A DNA stretch of 64,000 nt from positions 42,358-106,357 of IMG/VR virus record IMGVR_UViG_3300050343_000255; one strand, given 5' to 3'. The translations under genes were made by a program, and so were the position numbers. Below the pieces are notes generated by a model. It worked only from the letters and a program-made list of their open reading frames with translations. It did no database searches and was not told where the DNA came from. This DNA comes from a virus. Below are positions 57,235 through 64,000 of the stretch, in pieces; the first letter of the stretch is position 1, and every line of letters begins with the position of its first letter.

Positions 57235-57720
57235 TTGAACAACACTTCACCTCGCTACGCTCAGTTCAACGCTCTCACCGTCACCGGTCGCATCTTCAAT
57301 GCTGAGATCGTGGACAACAAAGGCAACAAGTTCTTGAGTGTATCCGTAATCAGCACTGCCTCCAAGGATGGCGCTGACTTGGTCTACACCTTCAACAACT
57401 CCAATGGCTTGATGGGCCTCTTTGAGAAGGGTTACTTCTGCAAAGGTCGTCAAGTCACTATCACTGGACACCTTCACAACGTCTCTGAGGTCTACACCAC
57501 ACAGACTGGTGAAGTTCGCATGCGTAAGCGCCCTGAGATCCACCTCACAGGCGTAAACGTGCTTGATGGTGGCCTTGGTCCTATGCCTAACGCAGATGGA
57601 CAAGCACAGCGTCTCTCAGCAGGCACTGTCATCACTCAAGTGGGAACACCTGAGGTTGACGAAACTCCATCTATGGAGCCTGTTGAAGAAGCAGAAGAAG
57701 AGCTTGTAGCTCTTTATTGA
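57235..57720 (+). CDS. ssb: Single-stranded DNA-binding protein (OB fold)
   Basis: N.LTVTGRI...KGRQVTITGHL...Y....GE.R; acidic tail. Confidence 0.75.
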   Translation: MNNTSPRYAQFNALTVTGRIFNAEIVDNKGNKFLSVSVISTASKDGADLVYTFNNSNGLMGLFEKGYFCKGRQVTITGHLHNVSEVYTTQTGEVRMRKRPEIHLTGVNVLDGGLGPMPNADGQAQRLSAGTVITQVGTPEVDETPSMEPVEEAEEELVALY

Positions 57721-57728
57721 TAACAACT

Positions 57729-57767
57729 CCCGGCCGTGTATCCCACGGCTGGGTTTTTTCTTTTTTT
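57729..57767 (+). terminator. Intrinsic terminator
   Basis: CCCGGCCGTG-TATCC-CACGGCTGGG followed by a T run. Confidence 0.85.
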
Positions 57768-57800
57768 AAACTATGGACATCGCAATCTATCTAACTATCT

Positions 57801-58049
57801 ATGCCACGTTCGCAATCTACTGCTACGTCCTCACCAAAGTCCAAGAGGACTGATTGGACATACACCCTAAGTAAAAGCAGGTATGGGTTATACACATCTA
57901 TTCTTACTGACGGCACCCGAATGGTCACTGGAATGACAGAAGAAGGTGTTCGTGTAGTTACGGACACTATTCACATCCCTGTCATGAAAGGTGAGTTCGA
58001 TGGATACACATCAATACCACGTAAGGGTGTAGTGGACGGGAAGCTTTAG
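57801..58049 (+). CDS. Hypothetical protein
   Basis: 82-aa ORF. Confidence 0.55.
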   Translation: MPRSQSTATSSPKSKRTDWTYTLSKSRYGLYTSILTDGTRMVTGMTEEGVRVVTDTIHIPVMKGEFDGYTSIPRKGVVDGKL

Positions 58050-58954
58050 TGCTTGCCGTTCTTGCCGTTACCGTTGATCGCCTTATTCATGTAGACCTTG
58101 TCAGCAATGACAGTGACTGCCTTACCTTGGTCAGATGTATTGACATCACCCTGAAGTGCTTGACGGTATGCATCTAAGACAGACTTGTCTGCAAATCGTT
58201 TGTCATTAAATCCGTAATTCATTGCACGACCTTCCTGTTTGCCAACCATATTTTGAAAATCTTTGTACTTTAATAAACGTTGAATATCAACGTCATCTAA
58301 TACTTTACTATTGTATAACCCAGCAGCATTAATACGACGACGTGCACCGTCAATTAACTCAAGTCGTTTTGGACCTTCAGAATCTCCAAGCATTTGATTG
58401 ATTAATGATAATTCTGGACGCAACCTAGTACCACCTTGACTATTAGATTCTAAATGTCCTTGATCTTGTGATCTACCAATGATTGGTGCATCTGTATAAA
58501 GATCTCTTCCATATGAGCCTTTGTATAGCAACTCTTTTACAGCATCAACCTTTGAATCACGATTGCCTGCAGCCTTGCCATGCAATCCTCGTGTTGCAAG
58601 CATTTCAAGAGATTGTCCGTCTAATAAATTAGCCAATATCTCTGCACGTTCATAATCTAAATCATTTGCACTTGGATTTTCTCCTGCAGATAACTCTCTT
58701 TTGCCTGTTTTTATAAAGTCTTTTTCAACTCGCTCTGCAGCATCAAGAGCTTGCATGAGTAATGAAGGTGTATAAGCTTCTGCTTCAACAGCTTCAACTC
58801 CTAATGAACCCTCGCTGCCAACCCGAGTAGACGATAAATCAGCAATATTTCCTGAGTTATCACGTACAAATTTTAAATTAGACGGTGCCAGTAAATCACG
58901 TTCAATTGCTTTCAACGAATAATCATTATTACTGTTTAAATTTCTTGCACGCAC
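58046..58954 (-). CDS. Inverted hypothetical gene with a possible HNH-like segment
   Basis: GRDLYT...DQGHLESNSQGG...INQMLG; TAGAATAG upstream. Confidence 0.5.
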   Translation of the reverse strand: MRARNLNSNNDYSLKAIERDLLAPSNLKFVRDNSGNIADLSSTRVGSEGSLGVEAVEAEAYTPSLLMQALDAAERVEKDFIKTGKRELSAGENPSANDLDYERAEILANLLDGQSLEMLATRGLHGKAAGNRDSKVDAVKELLYKGSYGRDLYTDAPIIGRSQDQGHLESNSQGGTRLRPELSLINQMLGDSEGPKRLELIDGARRRINAAGLYNSKVLDDVDIQRLLKYKDFQNMVGKQEGRAMNYGFNDKRFADKSVLDAYRQALQGDVNTSDQGKAVTVIADKVYMNKAINGNGKNGKH

Positions 58955-59066
58955 TCATACACATACCTATGATTATTAATTCACATAGATATCACTTACT
59001 TCAATATCTATTCTATTAATTATTAATTACTAACTAATATATTTAGAAGCTGCTAACTAATATCTA

Positions 59067-59516
59067 TTGCATAAATCTTCGGACAAACGTAAGCAAAGTA
59101 AATATCAAGCATTTCACTATTTGTTAAAACAGCTTGCTGACTTTTATAAAGATGCAGATGAAGCAGCTCAACAGTTGCTAGAAACAACTGTGGGTGCAAC
59201 GATCTTCTATCTACCTACCCGTAAAAAGCTTCATTACTCAGGCATGATTTCTGCTGAAGCGTTGGAATCTGGCAAAGAAACTCAAGAACATATGTTTCCA
59301 CGCAAGATTGCAGCAACAGCTTTACTTAAATCTGTGCCTGATACTGTTCAACTATTAATTGACAAGTGTGATGGTCTGTACCTCAGGTATCACATCGTCA
59401 CACCTTCACAGAACAAACAACTATGTCCCTTTCAAAAACACGACGTATTTGTTAATCCTGAAACTGCTTACTTCAAAGCAGGTATTCAGTTGATTAACGA
59501 TCCACGGCTTGCATAA
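59067..59516 (+). CDS. Hypothetical protein, possible His-Me-finger-like motif
   Basis: EHMFPR...IVTPSQN. Confidence 0.45.
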   Translation: MHKSSDKRKQSKYQAFHYLLKQLADFYKDADEAAQQLLETTVGATIFYLPTRKKLHYSGMISAEALESGKETQEHMFPRKIAATALLKSVPDTVQLLIDKCDGLYLRYHIVTPSQNKQLCPFQKHDVFVNPETAYFKAGIQLINDPRLA

Positions 59517-59570
59517 GATTTGCCGCTGACTCGCGGCTTTCTTTTCTCGTGTCCTTTGACATCTAGATCT

Positions 59571-59792
59571 ATGGAACAACAAATGATCCTGATCTCTAAA
59601 CCAGAAGTTGAAAGGTTGCTAGGCAAACTTCAACGAGCAGAAGGCTATTGCCGTAATGCACGTTCGTCTACTCCTTTCAATCCTGAAACGGACATCCATG
59701 CAGAACCGTGGGAGTTCTTTGTCGGATCCTCTGGATTCGCAGGAGCTGTCATGCGTGATGCAATTCAATCACTCGAATCACATCTGAACTAA
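59571..59792 (+). CDS. Hypothetical protein
   Basis: ATG after the repeat element. Confidence 0.55.
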   Translation: MEQQMILISKPEVERLLGKLQRAEGYCRNARSSTPFNPETDIHAEPWEFFVGSSGFAGAVMRDAIQSLESHLN

Positions 59793-60229
59793 TGGGAACT
59801 CGATCTGCTATTGGCTATCTACAACCGTCCGGTTCCGTCCGTGCGGTTTATTGCCATTGGGATGGCTACCCAGAAAATCAACTCCCGATACTGAAGTCGA
59901 GGTACAACACTCTCGCCAAAGTAAAGGCTTTGATTAAACCTGGGTTTATGTCATGCCTAGAAACTACCCACACGTGGGAATCTGAATACCAGCGTGATGC
60001 CAACGGTAAAGCATTATTTGATTTACCACAGACACATAGCCGTGAACCACAACCTCTGTATCACGCAGAGCGTGGGCACGGTGAAAAACCCAAAACCAGT
60101 GGCAATGCCTTTGATTACTGGCGCGATATGGATTGTGAGTACTTGTATGTCTTTACTGGCACTTCGTGGATTACTTATTCACTACGCGACTCACCTCATA
60201 CACGTATGCATATCCATGATGAAACCTAA
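59792..60229 (+). CDS. Conserved phage protein of the YCHWDGYP type
   Basis: MGTRSAIG...VYCHWDGYP...EYLYVF. Confidence 0.7.
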   Translation: MGTRSAIGYLQPSGSVRAVYCHWDGYPENQLPILKSRYNTLAKVKALIKPGFMSCLETTHTWESEYQRDANGKALFDLPQTHSREPQPLYHAERGHGEKPKTSGNAFDYWRDMDCEYLYVFTGTSWITYSLRDSPHTRMHIHDET

Positions 60230-60408
60230 CCCATCTAAGTATATTTTTACCTAGTATGGATTGGTGTTCCCGTAGAAGAACAGCGGCAGGGACACTCAAT
60301 TAGGTTTCAGGCATTTTTGCTGTTTCTGTCTGAGTAATTAACCGGGTCGCCCCTTTTGGTGGCTCGGTCCCTTACTCGATCACATATATACACTCAAAAA
60401 GATTCACC

Positions 60409-60702
60409 ATGGCTAATTACACAATCGAAGTCACTACTGAAGATGGTGGCAACTTTACTTTCCCTTGTGAAAGTGACCAGTACATCATTGAAGCTGCAGA
60501 AGAAGCAGGCGTTGAACTCAACTATTCATGCCGTGCTGGTGCATGCTCAACCTGTGTAAGCAAGCTTGTGTCTGGCACTGTTGATCAATCAGATCAAAGC
60601 TATTTGGACGATGACCAACAAGCAGAGGGCTTCTTTATGTCCTGTGTTGCTTATCCAACCTCTGACGTAAAGATGATCTCTGATGTTGAAGACCAACTCT
60701 GA
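60409..60702 (+). CDS. petF: Plant-type [2Fe-2S] ferredoxin
   Basis: YSCRAGACSTC...VDQSDQSYLDDDQ...CVAYPTSD. Confidence 0.97.
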   Translation: MANYTIEVTTEDGGNFTFPCESDQYIIEAAEEAGVELNYSCRAGACSTCVSKLVSGTVDQSDQSYLDDDQQAEGFFMSCVAYPTSDVKMISDVEDQL

Positions 60703-60868
60703 CCTAACATTTATGACTGAACAACCTGACAAGTTCCCCTTCGACGACATCGAAGAACTAGAACGTGAAGAAGATGAGCTCCCTGCTATCCCTGCATGGC
60801 CCTCTATCTTCGAATCAAGCATCCTTAATAATTAAGTAAAATATCCATAGCATCTAAATTTATTAGCT

Positions 60869-61508
60869 ATGGGTAAGAAAAAAGATTTTGATAATTTCAG
60901 AAATCGTTTTAATAGTACTGGCAAAGTAGGCAAAAACGAATTTAGTGTTGACGGCAAATCCTTTGACTACCGTGATCCTAAAAATCTAGAAAATGCACAA
61001 GTTGGATCTAGAGGTGATCGTGGCATTAGAGACGATCAAAAATATAATCCAAATGCGTATGACTATACTGATCCTCTGTACGATTATTCAAAGGGAGCGG
61101 TACGTGATGCTGCAAAAGCACTAGGCATTGGTAATGTCAATGAAAAGTCTGAAGTAAAGCAAATCCTCAAATACATTCAAGATGTTCCAGATAAACCAGG
61201 AAGATGATAAACCAAAAGAGTTCTTGAAAAGATATATTGACAAGAAAGTGTCTCCTGCTGAAAACGAATCCACACAAGCAGAAGTAGAAATCCCCTCTAC
61301 TCCTACTGCGTCAGGTGATGGCAGTATTAATTCACCAATCTCACAAGCTAGTCCTATAAACATTGATGGCAATCGAAATAGTGTTAAGCAAAATAATGCT
61401 ATTTCTCAGGAAATTGACAATTCAACTGATAACTCAGACAACAGCTCCAAGATTTTTTTAGATAGCTATAAGCTCAATCTTGGCGATAAATTTAAAATGT
61501 TTGCTTAA
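60869..61508 (+). CDS. Hypothetical protein (frameshift near 61200); shares a block with 40645-41572
   Basis: GDGSINSPISQA block. Confidence 0.55.
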
Positions 61509-61517
61509 AATCCCCTT

Positions 61518-61656
61518 AAAACTACAAAGCTACACTTGCTACGCTACTTTTCCTATATGTGCATTTTTAAAAAGATAGTAATAAGAGAGGAGACTGCGTA
61601 ATAAAAAAAGATATATATAGGGAACTTGTGCGTTTTGCGTAGTTTACGTAGTTTGC
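61518..61656 (+). repeat. Dispersed CTACG inverted-repeat element, copy C
   Basis: AACTAC..GCTAC.CTTGCTACGCT...TATAT...TTTAAAAAG...TATATAG...TTTGCGTAGTTTACGTAGTTTG. Confidence 0.75.
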
Positions 61657-61851
61657 CTAGTACCCCAAAAAAGGCATTTTTAATTGCGGCGCAAGCACAT
61701 TCACGCAAAAAAACGCTTTTTAAAAACCGCTACAAAACCTATCTGCGACTCTTGTCAGCGACAGTTACAATTCGTAACCGAGCCCAGAATTGGCAACAAT
61801 GCTCTATTTGGACCAATTTTTAGTTATTTTATTCCCATTCAAGTCGCTTTC

Positions 61852-62199
61852 ATGCAGCGCATCGACGTTCCTTGTGACGAAAAATTCGCTGCTGTTCTCA
61901 AAGAGTACTGCGCCTACTGGGGCATGACTATGGGAGAACTCATGTACGAAGCAGCGAAACAGCACATCCACTCATCTGCACAAGTGTGTGACCTTGCAGA
62001 TGGCCTTTTGCGTAAGCAAGGGATGATTCCTGACAAACGCTCAGCAAAGCACTGTTATGGCTATTTATGCCGGTGCTGCAAACATCAGCTTGCTTGCAGA
62101 ACTGGTCTTTATAAAAACGAATGGGAAATTGCTGAACAACACCAGCATTTGTTAAAAGAACAACCTGAAGCATGTTCATGTGACAGTTGTATTTCATGA
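61852..62199 (+). CDS. RHH-like DNA-binding protein with a C-x4-C-x2-C-x5-C domain, paralogue 1
   Basis: RIDV..DE....LKEYCAYWGMTMGELM; CYGYLCRCCKHQLAC. Confidence 0.7.
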   Translation: MQRIDVPCDEKFAAVLKEYCAYWGMTMGELMYEAAKQHIHSSAQVCDLADGLLRKQGMIPDKRSAKHCYGYLCRCCKHQLACRTGLYKNEWEIAEQHQHLLKEQPEACSCDSCIS

Positions 62200-62513
62200 A
62201 AAAACTTCAAGTGCAAATGCCTGACCCATGTCATGCGGTATTAAAGGACTATGCCAATGCTTGGGGCATGACAATGTCTGAAGTGATGTATGAAGCCACT
62301 CGTTGCTTTATGCACAAACATTCAGAGAATTGTGGATACATCAATTCATTATTTACATTTAGACGTATCAAAGCTGACAAACGACTTACCAAAGAATGTT
62401 ATGGACATCCTTGTTTTGCCTGTGAGCACCTAGTTGCTTGTAAAACAGGACAATACAAAGGTGGCTGGGAAATGTCTGAGAAAGTTTCTGAGTACATTAA
62501 TCTGCAAGCATAA
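62196..62513 (+). CDS. RHH-like DNA-binding protein with a C-x4-C-x2-C-x5-C domain, paralogue 2
   Basis: KLQVQMPD..HAVLKDYANAWGMTMSEVM; CYGHPCFACEHLVAC; ATGA overlap. Confidence 0.7.
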   Translation: MKKLQVQMPDPCHAVLKDYANAWGMTMSEVMYEATRCFMHKHSENCGYINSLFTFRRIKADKRLTKECYGHPCFACEHLVACKTGQYKGGWEMSEKVSEYINLQA

Positions 62514-62690
62514 TTTTTTTTGCATGAAAGCTTAACAATAAGTTAGACGATTGATATCTGTATGTCTCGATATATTTAATCAAAAAAATGTATCAACGCA
62601 AACGTTGCACTTGTGGTGTGAATAATCATACTTTCATTGTCGCTTAGCAGCGACTTTCACAACTGGTGTCCAATACATGGCTACAACCAA

Positions 62691-63651
62691 ATGCCCTCAA
62701 ATTTCACATCTGGCTGGCTCGGCAATGGAGAACGTGCATGGCACGGGCAAGGGGTTGTCACCCCTGGCACACTCCCAGCGCGAGAAGCGTTTGAAACAGC
62801 AGACGCACTATTTTCTGTCGAGAAGCGCGAGCTCTTCTTCCCCAACAGCAACGCACTTCCAACCAATGATGAGTCCTTGTGGCTCCCATCAAACTCCTAC
62901 GGAGTTGTCCGAACTGACACCCAAGCCTTGCTCGGAGTTGTCACCAAGCAATACGAGATCGTCCAAAACGAATCGCTCCTACGCATGGCGGAGTTCATCC
63001 GTGAAGAGGCAGACATGGACTGCGTCATCGTTCTATCGGACGGAGCCAAAGTCTGTTTTACCGCCACACTCCGTGGTGCGGAGACGGACATCGTCCCTGG
63101 AGACACCGTCAAACGACGAATTGTTGGTTACTTGGGCCACGACGGTAAAACCGGCTGTGGAGCAAAGTTCACAAACATCCGTGTGGTTTGCCAAAACACT
63201 TTGACTGCAGCCTTATCTGGGACTGGTGCTTCTTCAAGCATCACTCACAAGGGAACTGCTAACGCTAACTTCGATGCTCTTATCAACAGTATCGATGTAG
63301 CACGTCAAGACTTCACTACTGAATGTGACCTGATGCGTGAGTTCTCACGATTCAGTATTACTTCTAGTCAATTTAATGACTTTGTAGATGAGGTCTACAA
63401 CATCGACGAAGGTCAAGCCTTCGTAAACGTGACAAAAGCTTGAGCAAGCATTCCGTGAATTGGATACGGTTCTGAATATGCCTCTTTCAGTCTTTGGAAT
63501 GGCTTTAATGCCATCACACAAGCTAGAAACAAGCACACGTAATCAAACTGCTGCTAAGTCTCGTGCACAGTTCGCACGTGGTACTTTCGGCCTTGGTGCT
63601 GTTATAAGCAAGAAAGCTTTCTCTATTGCACAAGAACTAGTTACAGCTTGA
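62691..63651 (+). CDS. DUF932 (LGT_TIGR03299-type) protein, frameshifted near the C-terminus
   Basis: AWHGQG, VVRTDT...LGVV...Y.IVQN, HDG, IRVVCQNTL. Confidence 0.85.
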
Positions 63652-63728
63652 TCGTTAACATTGAGGGTACGCATGAGTGCCCTCTAATTGTTACTTTATA
63701 TCTTCATGCAAACTAAGAATAATCTTAT

Positions 63729-64000
63729 ATGTTTATTAAATCAATCAGCACTATTGCTGCTGCTGTCCTCCTCAGTGTCAGCACATCAGTTAGTGCCACA
63801 AACTCAATGTTATCTTCCTGGTACGGTGGATATTTCCACGGCAGGACTACAGCGAACGGTGAAACTTACAATATGTACGGACTTACCGCCGCACATAAAA
63901 CGCTACCTTTCGGTACAAAGCTACGTGTCTGCTATCAAGGATGCGTGGACGTACGTATTAACGATCGTGGTCCTTACATTGGCAGTCGTGAGCTTGATCT
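63729..64000 (+). CDS. RlpA-like lytic transglycosylase with signal peptide (truncated by the window end)
   Basis: [29 protein letters not shown]...VRINDRGPY. Confidence 0.9.
   Translation, partial: MFIKSISTIAAAVLLSVSTSVSATNSMLSSWYGGYFHGRTTANGETYNMYGLTAAHKTLPFGTKLRVCYQGCVDVRINDRGPYIGSRELD

Larger units (their letters stand above)
53032..62671 (+). promoter_or_regulatory. Family of early-region bipartite elements: 16-bp palindrome + 12 nt + TGYYC
   Basis: Copies start at 53032, 53434, 55274, 56281, 56461, 57185, 59522, 62639; variants at 52924, 53770, 55105, 55595, 56734. Confidence 0.8.

Noticed and set aside
61684-61851. N-terminal extensions of ORFs 61684, 52826, 55569, 59520, 62637 and 3386
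   Set aside because: They run through regulatory elements or upstream genes; downstream ATG starts fit the domain boundaries better
52924-62671. CRISPR array or integron attC sites
   Set aside because: Repeats are non-identical, separated by whole genes at irregular distances, and lack the RYYYAAC/GTTRRRY ends; no cas or IntI-type gene is present

Overview
The whole window is one dsDNA tailed-phage genome segment, most likely a marine cyanophage infecting Synechococcus. Support for the host: a group-2-like sigma70, petF ferredoxin, two NblA-like genes, DUF4278 behind a glutamine-II riboswitch, and an attP matching cyanobacterial tRNA-Pro(GGG). Layout: replication and nucleotide genes with a split family-A DNA polymerase (1-5.6 kb); accessory and lysis genes (6-10.4 kb); a GC-richer xis/int/attP module (10.5-12.3 kb); small Lys-rich genes and a GH19 endolysin (12.6-15.7 kb); a long minus-strand virion operon with two tandem tail-fibre modules, capsid, sigma factor, scaffold, portal, terminase and putative internal virion proteins (15.8-52.2 kb); and a plus-strand early region (52.9-64 kb). 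Single-base frameshifts break essential genes (capsid, portal, terminase, sigma), which points to indel-prone sequencing rather than decay. Main observations: (1) a strictly spaced motif, a 16-bp palindrome GNCGY-N6-RCGNC plus 12 nt plus TGYYC, precedes many early genes; (2) three dispersed copies of a ~125-140 bp element with inverted CTACG repeats sit at module boundaries, one directly upstream of two paralogous RHH + Cys4 genes; (3) four intact but apparently catalytically dead enzyme homologues lie before the split polymerase; (4) a candidate A_AAA_AAG -1 frameshift occurs in a small membrane gene; (5) a kissing-loop RNA structure lies in the petF leader; (6) SSB and the first early protein share a C-terminal LVALY tag. 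All family assignments are motif recognition by eye; no searches were run.
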